This document shows, in pieces, positions 10,239 through 19,957 of a stretch of 64,000 bases of DNA. The translations under genes and the position numbers were made by a program. A model generated the notes under the pieces. The model did no database searches and had not been told where the DNA came from. It saw nothing but the letters and a program-made list of their open reading frames with translations. Within the stretch, counting starts at the first letter, position 1. Every line of letters begins with the position of its first letter. The DNA is from an uncultured Verrucomicrobiae bacterium (GTDB taxonomy: Bacteria; Verrucomicrobiota; Verrucomicrobiia; Chthoniobacterales; JAFAMB01). Location: assembly GCA_963762565.1 (NCBI GenBank), contig CAVXLD010000009.1, positions 96,001 through 160,000 on the forward strand, given 5' to 3'.

Positions 10239-10582
10239 AAGTTGTAAGTTGCTCATTTGTAATTTCTTACGGAATTAGCGTTGCGCACACATATCTAATA
10301 ACGCAATCGAAGCACGACAGTTTCGTGCAAATTGCATTGAACGGCAAAGCCAAGTTATTCAAACGGCCATTGTGGCAGGGCCAGTGGCTCTATGCGGGAA
10401 GGCACCGGCGCCTTGGGAGTAACCACGCGCTCGGGATCCACACATGGGAGTCGCGGTTTTGGTGCCCGAAATACGTTGCGCTCGATGCGCTTTGCCCAGT
10501 AACTCGGTGACTCGGTGGTAGATTCGTTTATCTTCAGACACCTTACAGAATGGGACCTCGAGCGTTTTGAAGAAGGGAGCGG

Positions 10583-11845
10583 GTGACGGCTACCGGACAG
10601 AACTCAGATCGGATGAACGGGGCGACGGCGAGCGCAAGTTGGCTATTGTCCCAAGAAGTTCGTGAGCCGGGTGATGGCGGGAGCTATTGGCCCAGCCGCA
10701 GCGATCTTTCGCTCGAGGAAAAGTGCGACCTCTACTACGGAAACGCAGGGATATTACTGTTCCTGCGCGAACTCTATGAAGCGACTGGTCGTCCAGAATA
10801 TCGGGAGGCGATTCGGCGCGGCGTACGGTTCCTGGAAAGGAATATCTCGCGCGTGGGTCGCTACGGTCTCTACGACGGGTTGGCTGGGATAGCGTTTTCC
10901 TTGGCCCAATGGCCGGATGACCCAGAGGCGGTAGCCGGCTGTTCGCGGGCGGTCGACCGTTTGCTTCGAGAAAAGCAAGACCACGTGAACGCGGGCGTGC
11001 GATGGAACCAACACATCGATGTGATGAGCGGTTCAGCGGGAATCGGGCTGAGTCTGCTTGAGCTTGGACGAAAATTGCATCGGCCAGAGCTAACCAATTT
11101 AGCGGTTCGGGCCGAAGTCGATCTGACGGCTGTCAGCTCAAATTTGCCCCGGCGGCGCTATTGGGTTCAGCAATCCAACGAGCAAAAGCAATACCCGAAT
11201 TTTTCTCATGGCACCGCTGGAGTCGGTTATTTTCTACTAAAGCTCTACGAAGAAACCGGTCACTGCAGGTTTCTTGACGCAGCCAATGACGCCGCGAACT
11301 GTCTCCAATCGATCATGTCCACCGACCCGGGGACCGAATGCCTTATTCCCCATGACTTACCCGAAGGAAGAGAGCTTTTCTATCTTGGGTGGTGCCATGG
11401 GCCGGCCGGCACCAATCGTTTTTTTTATGAGCTTTTTAGCATTACCAAAGAAGTTAAATGGCAAAGCGTTGGCCAAACCGCGGCGGAGACTATCCTGCGC
11501 TCCGGGATACCGGAACAACAGACACCCGGCCATTGGAATAACGTCAGTCGTTGTTGTGGAGTTGTCAGCGTTGGCGAGTTTTTTCTGGGACTTTATCGGA
11601 AAACCAAAAAGGTATCTTATCGCCAATTCGCGTTCCGGCTCGGCAAACACCTGGAAAACACAGCTCAAGCCGACGGCCAAGGTCTGAAATGGATCCAGGC
11701 TGAAAACCGGATTGAGCCAGACCGGCTGATAGCTCAGACCGGCCTGATGCAAGGTGGCGCTGGTATCGGATTGTTCCTCCTCCACTTGGCGGACCCAGAT
11801 AACAAACACGGAAGAGGGTTGCTCTTTCCGGATTCTCCCTGGTGA
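10583..11845 (+). CDS. Stand-alone LanC-like (lanthionine synthetase C-like) protein
   Basis: Repeated GxxG motifs (LYYGNAG, LYDGLAG, MSGSAG), FSHGTAG, GWCHGPAG, CCG, LMQGGAG; start may be ATG 10613. Confidence 0.88.
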   Translation: MTATGQNSDRMNGATASASWLLSQEVREPGDGGSYWPSRSDLSLEEKCDLYYGNAGILLFLRELYEATGRPEYREAIRRGVRFLERNISRVGRYGLYDGLAGIAFSLAQWPDDPEAVAGCSRAVDRLLREKQDHVNAGVRWNQHIDVMSGSAGIGLSLLELGRKLHRPELTNLAVRAEVDLTAVSSNLPRRRYWVQQSNEQKQYPNFSHGTAGVGYFLLKLYEETGHCRFLDAANDAANCLQSIMSTDPGTECLIPHDLPEGRELFYLGWCHGPAGTNRFFYELFSITKEVKWQSVGQTAAETILRSGIPEQQTPGHWNNVSRCCGVVSVGEFFLGLYRKTKKVSYRQFAFRLGKHLENTAQADGQGLKWIQAENRIEPDRLIAQTGLMQGGAGIGLFLLHLADPDNKHGRGLLFPDSPW

Positions 11846-11890
11846 CACGAGGTGGAACGCGGTTGAGGCGTGTGATTGTGCCCAACGCCC

Positions 11891-12165
11891 GGAGGGGAGC
11901 CGCTTTGGATCGTATCCCGCCAGCCTCGCGACGTTCTTCTCAAGATTGGTCCAACCGGAACATGTTAAAACAGGCGGCTCCCGGGAATTACCCAGCGGTT
12001 TGCAGTTCCTGCAGGACGCGGCTTAACGAATCGGAGGCCATGAGGGTAAATGCATCACGTTGGGTTATTCCCGGGAGCCGCCTGTTGCCCAAATCTTTGG
12101 CCGACTCACACGCTAAGACAAAGATCACCAGGTCGTAAGATGACGCGCCAAAGCGGCTCCCCTCC
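11891..12165. repeat. Nested palindromic repeat, family A (REPIN/BIME-like)
   Basis: Outer IR ggaggggagccgcttt...aaagcggctcccctcc; inner IR ggcggctcccgggaa...ttcccgggagccgcc; 5 copies in the window. Confidence 0.85.
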
Positions 12166-12218
12166 GAGCGTTGGGACAAACACACCTCCTCAACGCGCCG
12201 GCTGCAAGGACAGGCGCG

Positions 12219-15200
12219 CTAGATGAAGCGGAGGTGCCGCAAGTCGGCAACGTATTTATTGATCAGCTCCGCTGACAGCTGCGGAATATCAAAGCCGGCG
12301 GCTTCCAGCGCCGCGCAAAACCGCTGGGCGGGGAGACGGGACTTTGCAACGGGCGTTTGGGGACTGCGAAAGGGCCCAAGAAGCGCAAGCAATGAACTCT
12401 GCCTTTGCTCTTCGGGGAGAGATCGCATCGCAGTTTCAAATCGCGACAGCCAATCGCCGTAATTGTCGATCCGTTCTATTCGGTGTCCGGCATCATTTAG
12501 CCAATCGACAAATGTATCGAGCGAGATGCCGTCGTCGTAAGGGGCCGATAGATTGTAGGTATGGAATCCCTCGGAATCCCGGGCGCCAACTTCCGTAATC
12601 GACTCGGCGAGGAAGTCGACGGGGGTGCCTTCGTATTGGGCGCGTGGCCGGCCGGCCCGCGTGTCGCGCGCGTAGAAGGTCGATGGCGCTATGCCGGTGA
12701 CGACCAAACTGAACAGCAGTCTCGTGAATATGTCAGGGACATTCAGCTGGCCGGAGTAGACGCGGTGGGCGAGGATCATGCCTGGCCGGAATACGGAGAC
12801 GGGGAGGTTGCACAAATCGTGGGCTTCTCGCAGGAGGACTTCGCTGGCCCATTTGCTGATTCCGTAGCCGTTGGCATACCTCTCGTTGATCTCACAGACA
12901 GGGATAGAGCTGCGGATATCGCTGTCTTCGTCAACCAGATGGCGGGCGACTGAGTTCACGCCGAGGGTCGAGATGTAATTCAGCTGCTTCAGATTGGTGG
13001 TTAGGGCAAGCCGGATAACTTCGGCAGTGCCGACAACGTTGGCAGCGAACAATTGGTTGTAGGGCAGAACATGATTGACATGGGCAGCGGGGTGCACGAT
13101 CAGATCGACCGTCCTAGCCAGGCGGGCCCAGCTGCTGGCGTCCAGACCTAGGTTCGGCGAACCGATATCTCCCGCCAGAACCTCGAGATGATCGGAAGCT
13201 AAAGCCTGAAAATGCTTGAGGAGCGTTGCATCTGTGTTGAACGCGGACTCGATCCGCTGACGCGCCTGACCTGCGTCGGACCCGCGAGCAATGCAGATCA
13301 ATTTACCGTCCCGATCGGCCAGTCGCTCGAGCCACGCCAAGGCGAGGAACCGGCCGAGAAAGCCCGTTGAACCGGTCATCAGGACAGAACGGAAGGGATC
13401 ACAGGGTCGCGGCAACGTGGCAGCGTTGGCGAGCACCTGTTTGTCGATGAATTTATCGAGCGTCAGTTCGCTGGCATACACTTTAGACGCGCCGGGCACG
13501 TGCACGGTCGCGAAACTGGGCCGCTGCGCGCCGAGGCTACGTTCGGTTTCGATATAGTCTGCCAGATGTTGAACCGTGCCCGTTGGGCCGACGATAACCC
13601 CAACCGGGACCTCGATGCCGAAAATCTCCTGGAGCAGGATCGAAAACGTCAGGGCTGAAAGTGAGTCTCCGCCCAGTTCGCTAAATCGGGAATCGGAGCA
13701 CACGTCCGCAGGCGAAACCCCAAGAGTAGCCTGCACCGCGCGGCACACCGTTTCCGATACTGGCTGATCTGCTCCTCCGGCCCTCAGGGATCGAAGTTCG
13801 TTGAATTGGTCTTGGGCGAGCTTGGCGTACAGCTGCTCTAGTTGGTCGCCGTACCGCTCCTGGAATTTCGGGCGCTGAGACTTCCCGAGTTCCGACAGGA
13901 GGCCGTTCTGCAAGCTGAACGGAACGGTCTCAATCAGGAAGTCACGCGGGATTTCATAGCCGTTGAGATGGTGCTCCTTTGCAATCTGCTGCAGCGAGCG
14001 ACGGATCGCCGATTTCATCTGGTCGGTCCCTCCGCCTTTGGCGTCGACCTGAACAGTCAGCTCCTCGGCGGGTACTACAACGGCGAGCAAGAACGCTCGC
14101 TCGCTGCTGGCATACACGTAAATCTGCCGGATAATCGAGCTCTGCGAATACAGCACCTCCAGGCGGGAGATAGCGACAAATTCGCCCTGTGACAGCTTCA
14201 CAACGTTGTTGCGCCGGTCGAGATACATCAACCGGTCAGGCCCAAGCTCGGCCATGATATCGCCGGTTTTGTAGAAGCCTTCCTCATCGAATCTATCCGC
14301 CGTGAGTTCGGGACGTTTGTAGTAGCCGCCCATCAATCGTTCGGATTTCACAAGCAACTCCCCCCGCGGGTAGGGCTTGTCGGTACTGAAATATCCCAAC
14401 TCCGGCACGTCCACGAGTTTGTAGGCGATCACGGGCGGACGCTGCACTTTCCCATCGAGGAGCACACTGCGACCGGTAAGTTCCGTGCCGGAGTAGCCGA
14501 TGGGAATCCTCATTCTCAGCATCGACTCCGTGAAGGCATGAGTTTCGGGAGCCAAAGAAGCCGAGCCGCAACCGACCAAGAGGAGGCGGCCACCCAGTAG
14601 GTGCTCGCGTAACTCGCGTTTTACTTCCTTTTCGACCACGTCGGAAGCGGCGCCGTTTGCAATCCTTCTGTCCACTTCGCCGAGGAAATGGTGATGGAGC
14701 AATTCGCAGACACGGGGCACCAGCGAGATCATCGTGGGACGCGCTAGAGACAAGTCCTCGAACAGCGTCGATAAATCGCTCTTCGGCGAGCAGTAACTTG
14801 TCCCTCCGTTTGCCAGCGCCAGCAACAAGTAGCTGCTCCCAACGATGTGGCTCATCGGCATGAAGCTCAGGGTGATGGCCGGTATGCGCGATTCATTGAG
14901 CCACGTGGTGAGGATGAGGCTTTCGGGGTACATCGCCCCCTTTGGTGTACCGGTGGAGCCGGATGTGTAGAACAGCCAGGCCAATGGGTTTTCGTCGGCG
15001 TTGGGTATATATAAGGGCGCCGCCGGCAACAACTTTGCCCGGTTCATCACGTCGTCGAGCGTATCGACCACAATCCGGCAATTCGCGTTTGCCAACCGCT
15101 GACGCGCGCCCTCAAGCTTCTCGCGTTGGTCGTCGTCTCGAGAGTCGTAGTCGAAGACCAACATGCGTTCTGGCCTCCTGCCGGAGAGCACAGCACTCAC

Positions 15201-15743
15201 GGCGGCGTCGAGGTATTCAATTCCTATGGCCAGAATGCGGGGCTCAGTCTCGGCGATGATCTCGGCGTACTGGGCGGCTCGGGCGCTTGTCTGTAAGGGG
15301 ACGATGACTGCACCAAGATGGATAGACGCCAACAGTAGGGTAGCGTAATCCGTACTGGTGAAGCCCAGAATGCAAACAGAATCGCCTGCTCTGAGCGGCT
15401 GTGAGTTGTCATTGTGCCATTCGCTGGCAACAGCGCGCGCGCGCGTCCACAAATCCCGATAGGTGATGGTGTCGAAGCGCGGCAGCAGCCTGAGAGTTTT
15501 ACGGCCCGTCGTCTGATCGCTGACCAACTCGCGCGCGCGTTGACCGAGCGCTGGTCTATCGGTGTAACCCTCCATGACGATTTGCACAACCTGAGCCAGA
15601 CGCAGTCCAGGCTCCCGTTTCGCCGCTACGACTGTCTCTAACGGAAAAGAGTCGCGGAACTGTGGATCCGCGGCCAGCAACCTCTCGAGGCGATTCGGTG
15701 GCCGCTTTTCGCCTCCGCTTGTGATTTGGGTTGCAGCGCTCAT
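12219..15743 (-). CDS. car: Carboxylic acid reductase (adenylation - carrier - terminal reductase, NRPS-like)
   Basis: A-domain YTSGSTGTPKGAMY, YKTGD and DRRNNVVKLSQGEFV; Ppant site LGGDSLSA; reductase TGSTGFLG and YGISKWASE; 1174 aa, the typical CAR length. Confidence 0.92.
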   Translation of the reverse strand: MSAATQITSGGEKRPPNRLERLLAADPQFRDSFPLETVVAAKREPGLRLAQVVQIVMEGYTDRPALGQRARELVSDQTTGRKTLRLLPRFDTITYRDLWTRARAVASEWHNDNSQPLRAGDSVCILGFTSTDYATLLLASIHLGAVIVPLQTSARAAQYAEIIAETEPRILAIGIEYLDAAVSAVLSGRRPERMLVFDYDSRDDDQREKLEGARQRLANANCRIVVDTLDDVMNRAKLLPAAPLYIPNADENPLAWLFYTSGSTGTPKGAMYPESLILTTWLNESRIPAITLSFMPMSHIVGSSYLLLALANGGTSYCSPKSDLSTLFEDLSLARPTMISLVPRVCELLHHHFLGEVDRRIANGAASDVVEKEVKRELREHLLGGRLLLVGCGSASLAPETHAFTESMLRMRIPIGYSGTELTGRSVLLDGKVQRPPVIAYKLVDVPELGYFSTDKPYPRGELLVKSERLMGGYYKRPELTADRFDEEGFYKTGDIMAELGPDRLMYLDRRNNVVKLSQGEFVAISRLEVLYSQSSIIRQIYVYASSERAFLLAVVVPAEELTVQVDAKGGGTDQMKSAIRRSLQQIAKEHHLNGYEIPRDFLIETVPFSLQNGLLSELGKSQRPKFQERYGDQLEQLYAKLAQDQFNELRSLRAGGADQPVSETVCRAVQATLGVSPADVCSDSRFSELGGDSLSALTFSILLQEIFGIEVPVGVIVGPTGTVQHLADYIETERSLGAQRPSFATVHVPGASKVYASELTLDKFIDKQVLANAATLPRPCDPFRSVLMTGSTGFLGRFLALAWLERLADRDGKLICIARGSDAGQARQRIESAFNTDATLLKHFQALASDHLEVLAGDIGSPNLGLDASSWARLARTVDLIVHPAAHVNHVLPYNQLFAANVVGTAEVIRLALTTNLKQLNYISTLGVNSVARHLVDEDSDIRSSIPVCEINERYANGYGISKWASEVLLREAHDLCNLPVSVFRPGMILAHRVYSGQLNVPDIFTRLLFSLVVTGIAPSTFYARDTRAGRPRAQYEGTPVDFLAESITEVGARDSEGFHTYNLSAPYDDGISLDTFVDWLNDAGHRIERIDNYGDWLSRFETAMRSLPEEQRQSSLLALLGPFRSPQTPVAKSRLPAQRFCAALEAAGFDIPQLSAELINKYVADLRHLRFI

Positions 15744-15753
15744 GTGCTGCTCC

Positions 15754-16518
15754 TTACTCGTTCAGCGTCCGCTTGATCCATTCCGCCGTGCTCGAAAAAA
15801 CGCCCGACACTTGTTCGTTGATCTGTTCGCCTTCTTTACTGACGGCGCCCGACAGCGTCACGCGCAGGCGCACGCGGACCTCGCCGATTTGCAGCAAATG
15901 ATCGGCCTTAAGAATCGCTTGCTGCCCAGGACCTAGTACCTGGTTATCGACTCGCACCACCGAACCAGGCTCTTGGGCTACCATCGCCACCCAATGAGAA
16001 CCACCACTCTGAAATCGAACTGGCCGAGCCGCGACTCCGGGTAGTCCCGCAAACAGTTCGGCGCCTAACGACCCCTCAGTCCCCAACGTGTCGCCATCTT
16101 TGCAAGACAAGGCCCGATCGCCAATTAGGATATCCAACTGGGGAGTCTCGCTGGGTGCCCGGGCTGGCTGAACCAATTGGGGTACTGCGGTGATGAGCTT
16201 CCCACCATAAGACCCGAAAATCTCACGGAATCGGATCACATCGAAAGTCTCTTGGGCATCGGTGCTGGGATTGACGATGGAAATCACTCCGCCCCGGGCA
16301 CGAACCCGGCGCGCCATCGATAGCAGCGAACGCAAGACGATGCCACTGACGAATGTTACTTCTGAGAAATCGAGCAGGAGGGTCGTGACGCTCCGGCTGA
16401 GCATTCGCTCGACCCACTGGGATAACTCTCGGTTGAACCTGGTTGCAGCCTCTTCGTCCAAACGCCCGTTGTAAACCAGGACCGGCTGATTCGCTCTGAT
16501 TTCCACTGTGACTTCCAT
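15754..16518 (-). CDS. STAS (anti-sigma-factor antagonist) domain fused to an FHA-like domain
   Basis: N-terminal GRLD...LLDFSEVTFVSG (STAS); C-terminal VRVDNQVLGPGQQAILKADHLLQIG (FHA-like, apparently degenerate). Confidence 0.7.
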   Translation of the reverse strand: MEVTVEIRANQPVLVYNGRLDEEAATRFNRELSQWVERMLSRSVTTLLLDFSEVTFVSGIVLRSLLSMARRVRARGGVISIVNPSTDAQETFDVIRFREIFGSYGGKLITAVPQLVQPARAPSETPQLDILIGDRALSCKDGDTLGTEGSLGAELFAGLPGVAARPVRFQSGGSHWVAMVAQEPGSVVRVDNQVLGPGQQAILKADHLLQIGEVRVRLRVTLSGAVSKEGEQINEQVSGVFSSTAEWIKRTLNE

Positions 16519-16656
16519 AGGTCATCCGGCAGGTAATAACCTCATCCGGCACTCACTTTTGGTCTTGTTTAAGCAATTTGGATCTGAGACAAAAGGACTT
16601 CCCTAAGCAGCGCCAAGCAACGATTCATCACGCGCTTTTTTGGGATCTTCTTCGCC

Positions 16657-18690
16657 ATGAAGCTACTCCACAACCCGTGTCTTCTTCAACGAAGCAAATT
16701 TTGCTGGGCGTCGCCACGAGCCCTAGCGGGCATCTCTTTACTTTTTTTGCAGCCTGCGTTTGGACAACAACCAACACCACAGACAAAGCCCGTTATTCCA
16801 CAAGCCGAACAGCCGACAGCAACTCCAAGTGCGGAGCCAATGCTGCCGACCGGGCCGAGAGAAGAAGCCAAGCCCTTGATCCCTGCGGCCGGTATTCCTA
16901 CTCCCAGTCCTACACCGACTCTCCCTACCGAGGTCCAATCCAAGCTGGATCAAGAGTTTGAGGAAGCAATGCAAGTGCATCGATTTCGCCCGAGCTTTTT
17001 TGCGCCGCTTTCGTTGCTCGATGCAGTACGTCTGACTCTCATGCAAAATTCGGACCTTCGCATGAGTACTGAAGACGCGCAGTCGGCCCGGGGTGCGCTG
17101 AAGAAAGCGACCGGAAATTACGATGCCCAATTCATCGGTGCTCTCGGTTATGTGAGGAGTCAGCTGTCCAGCTCGAACAGTAGTAACGCAGTCTCAGCTT
17201 TCTCAACGCAGAACCAAATTACTCAGGTCCTCACCCAGACGCTGACCCAAACCCTGACCCAGCTCAAAGCCAATCCGAGCGCCAACATCAGCCAGCTCGT
17301 GAGCATGAACGCCGCCCAATCCAGCGGGTCGGCATCAACGACTGACATACAAACCATTATCGCTACCGCAGACGCTTCCAAGACTTTGCGAAACGGGATA
17401 GACCTCAGCGTTGAGTACTCCCCCCAGTTCTTAAACAACCAGGATCAACTTTCGTGGCCTCCCGCGGTTCACCAAATCACTTTTTCAATGGGAATGTCTC
17501 TCACCAAATTTGGCACGTACTTCAATTCGGCTGACGAGACGGCTGCGCGTAAAGACTATCAAGCCGCCTTGTTGACTTTAGGGCACACCACCACCAAGGC
17601 AGTGCTCGACACGATACAGGCCTACTGGAAAGAGGCGGCAGCTCTCGAGAAGTTTTATTACGAGGACCGCACCTATCGGGTAAACGCCGCGGTACTTACC
17701 CTCACCGAGGAGCTGGCCAAGAATGGTGGCGTGGCTCAAACAGAGGTTCCGCTGGCTGTGGCTCACCGAGCGGAGGCCTTTGCGTCGCGATCGGCTGCGC
17801 TAATTGAGGTCTTGAATTCAGCGAAAGCCCTGGCGGCAACCTTAGGGTTAACTCGAGAGCAGTTGCGCTTCCTCCCGTTTCCGTCGGACCATTTCCCGGG
17901 CCTGAACGAAACCGCTCTCTCAAGAATCAATGAGTCTCAATTGATCGATGTGGCGCTGGGGCGACGTCTCGATCGGTTGGCCGCCATCGAGAAAGTCGAC
18001 GGAAAACGAGTGAAGTCCGACCATGCTAGAATCGATTTGCGGCCCGATGTTAAATTCAGTCTCGGGGGAGGCGCCGACATCGTTGACGGCCGGCAGACCG
18101 GAGCCGGTTCAGGCTATACCGTGGACCCGCAGGTTAATGCTAATGTCTCACTGAACTGGACGCCCGCCAACAATAAGAAAGAAGCCGCTTTGCTCGACGC
18201 GGAAGCAGATTTGGACAAGTCCCTTATCGGCCTGGACGATATTTCCAGAGAGATCGAGTTAAGCATTCAAAACGACATCTCCACAATGCAGGCTTACCAG
18301 GTCGAGATTGCCCAGTCAGATTTGGCCGTCGAAAACTACAAAAAAAGTATAACGGATCTGCGGGAGAAGTTCCGCGTGGGAGCCGCGACCCTCATCGACG
18401 TGTTTCAGTCCGTGGATCGACTCACCAGATCAGCAGAGTTGCTGGCGGATGCACAGTCGAGCATGGCGTCGACCATCGCTAAGCTTCGGTATGACACGGC
18501 GACAATGCTGACCAGAGGCACGGTTATGCGAACCCCGGGGTTTCCAAACCCGGTGGAGAAAATGCAGCTGAAAAGAGATGTTTTTGTTACTCTGCCGGAT
18601 TTGAACCAAGAGGCAGGTCCGACCGTAAAGGACCGGAATTATGAGCCTAATATCAAATACATCTCAGGCCACCCCCCCTGGCACCACTAA
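16657..18690 (+). CDS. TolC-family outer membrane secretion protein
   Basis: Signal peptide, Pro-rich N-terminus, LSLLDAVRLTLMQN, FRVGAATLIDV; first gene of a type I secretion operon. Confidence 0.82.
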   Translation: MKLLHNPCLLQRSKFCWASPRALAGISLLFLQPAFGQQPTPQTKPVIPQAEQPTATPSAEPMLPTGPREEAKPLIPAAGIPTPSPTPTLPTEVQSKLDQEFEEAMQVHRFRPSFFAPLSLLDAVRLTLMQNSDLRMSTEDAQSARGALKKATGNYDAQFIGALGYVRSQLSSSNSSNAVSAFSTQNQITQVLTQTLTQTLTQLKANPSANISQLVSMNAAQSSGSASTTDIQTIIATADASKTLRNGIDLSVEYSPQFLNNQDQLSWPPAVHQITFSMGMSLTKFGTYFNSADETAARKDYQAALLTLGHTTTKAVLDTIQAYWKEAAALEKFYYEDRTYRVNAAVLTLTEELAKNGGVAQTEVPLAVAHRAEAFASRSAALIEVLNSAKALAATLGLTREQLRFLPFPSDHFPGLNETALSRINESQLIDVALGRRLDRLAAIEKVDGKRVKSDHARIDLRPDVKFSLGGGADIVDGRQTGAGSGYTVDPQVNANVSLNWTPANNKKEAALLDAEADLDKSLIGLDDISREIELSIQNDISTMQAYQVEIAQSDLAVENYKKSITDLREKFRVGAATLIDVFQSVDRLTRSAELLADAQSSMASTIAKLRYDTATMLTRGTVMRTPGFPNPVEKMQLKRDVFVTLPDLNQEAGPTVKDRNYEPNIKYISGHPPWHH

Positions 18691-19957
18691 AGACGGGGCG
18701 CCGCCGGAAAAAACTATCTTCCGAAAAGCCGCCTTGGAGCGGCTTTCTTCTCCGGAACAGCTCGATTATCTGATGTCGGTCACGTCGCCCGTCGGATGGC
18801 TGGCGCTTTCGGCATTGGCGGGCGTCCTTTTCCTGATTGTGCTTTGGGGGTTTCTTGGACGAATTCCCGATACGGTTTCAGGAAGCGGGATCTTGATTCG
18901 CGGCGGCGCGGTTTACGATGTTTCTGCCGGAAGCGATGGATTCATTACTCAGGTGCTGGTGAAAACGGGCGATCAAGTTAAGGCCGGCCAAGTCGTGGCA
19001 AAGATGAGCCAGTCGCAGTTGGAGCTAAAGATCAAGTCAAGCCAGGCCCAGCTAAAGGTCTTGCAGGGGCAGGACGCCGACATGACCAGTCGGGAGGATA
19101 AGAATGACGCCGCCGCGCTGGCGGACTACAAGAAACAAGATCAGGCATTGCTCGATGCCATTGCCAGCTACAAAGTTCAGATCGAAGCCGACCAGAGAGA
19201 ATTCGAAACTAAAGAAAGCCTACTGCAAAAAGGCTTAACCACGCAGGCTGAAGTCAACAAGGCGCGCGATGCCCTTTACGGCGTTAAGGGTCAGGTCGCG
19301 GATACTCAAGTCAAGGAGAGCCAGATTGGGACGGACGAAATCAAGTTAGCCCGCGACACTCAGACGTCTAGAAACGCGCGCCTGAAAGAGATCAACAGCA
19401 CGAAGCTGCAGCTCCAGGAATATATCGCGGAGCGAGATGCCGGAGTTCAAGTGGTTTGCAATTATTCGGGACGAGTGATCGAAAAGCTGGTTGAACGCGG
19501 CTCACCGGTTGTCGCAAAAGACCGGGTCATCACCGTCGAAGCGGAGGACGCGCCGATGCTGGCGGTAATCTATGTCCCCGCCGGAGAAGGGAAGAAAGTT
19601 CTGCCAAACCAGGAAATTCGGGTTTCACCTTCTACAGTGAAGGCTGAAGAGTATGGATTTATTCTCGGGAAAGTGACAAATGTTTCCTATTTCCCAAGCA
19701 CTCCGGAGGGCATGAAAGTTGTACTCAGAAACGAAGAGTTAGTGAAGGACCTTTCTACGACGGGAGCTCCTATTGAGATCACGGGCGACCTCTATCAAGA
19801 TCGGTCGACTAAGAGCGGGTACCGATGGTCTTCTTCGCAGGGACCATCAACGGGGATTTTCAGCGGCACGCTGGCCCAAGCTTCCATTGTGGTTGACCAG
19901 AAGCCGCCCATCGACTTCGTGATTCCGAAAATCAAAGAAATCCTCGGGCTCAAATGA
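18641..19957 (+). CDS. NHLP/NHLM bacteriocin-system HlyD-family membrane fusion protein
   Basis: IFRKAALERLSSPEQLD N-terminus, TM segment, coiled coil, SPSTVKAEEYGFILGKV, SGYRWSSSQGP. Confidence 0.92.
   Translation: MSLISNTSQATPPGTTKDGAPPEKTIFRKAALERLSSPEQLDYLMSVTSPVGWLALSALAGVLFLIVLWGFLGRIPDTVSGSGILIRGGAVYDVSAGSDGFITQVLVKTGDQVKAGQVVAKMSQSQLELKIKSSQAQLKVLQGQDADMTSREDKNDAAALADYKKQDQALLDAIASYKVQIEADQREFETKESLLQKGLTTQAEVNKARDALYGVKGQVADTQVKESQIGTDEIKLARDTQTSRNARLKEINSTKLQLQEYIAERDAGVQVVCNYSGRVIEKLVERGSPVVAKDRVITVEAEDAPMLAVIYVPAGEGKKVLPNQEIRVSPSTVKAEEYGFILGKVTNVSYFPSTPEGMKVVLRNEELVKDLSTTGAPIEITGDLYQDRSTKSGYRWSSSQGPSTGIFSGTLAQASIVVDQKPPIDFVIPKIKEILGLK

Noticed and set aside
10325..10541. Short ORFs or a possible riboswitch upstream of the LanC-like gene, as a precursor or regulatory RNA
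   Set aside because: I could not recognise a leader motif, RBS or aptamer consensus.
16559..16575. GG-N10-GC upstream of tolC as a sigma54 promoter
   Set aside because: TGGTCT...AAGC matches the consensus poorly outside the dinucleotides, so it is not supportable.
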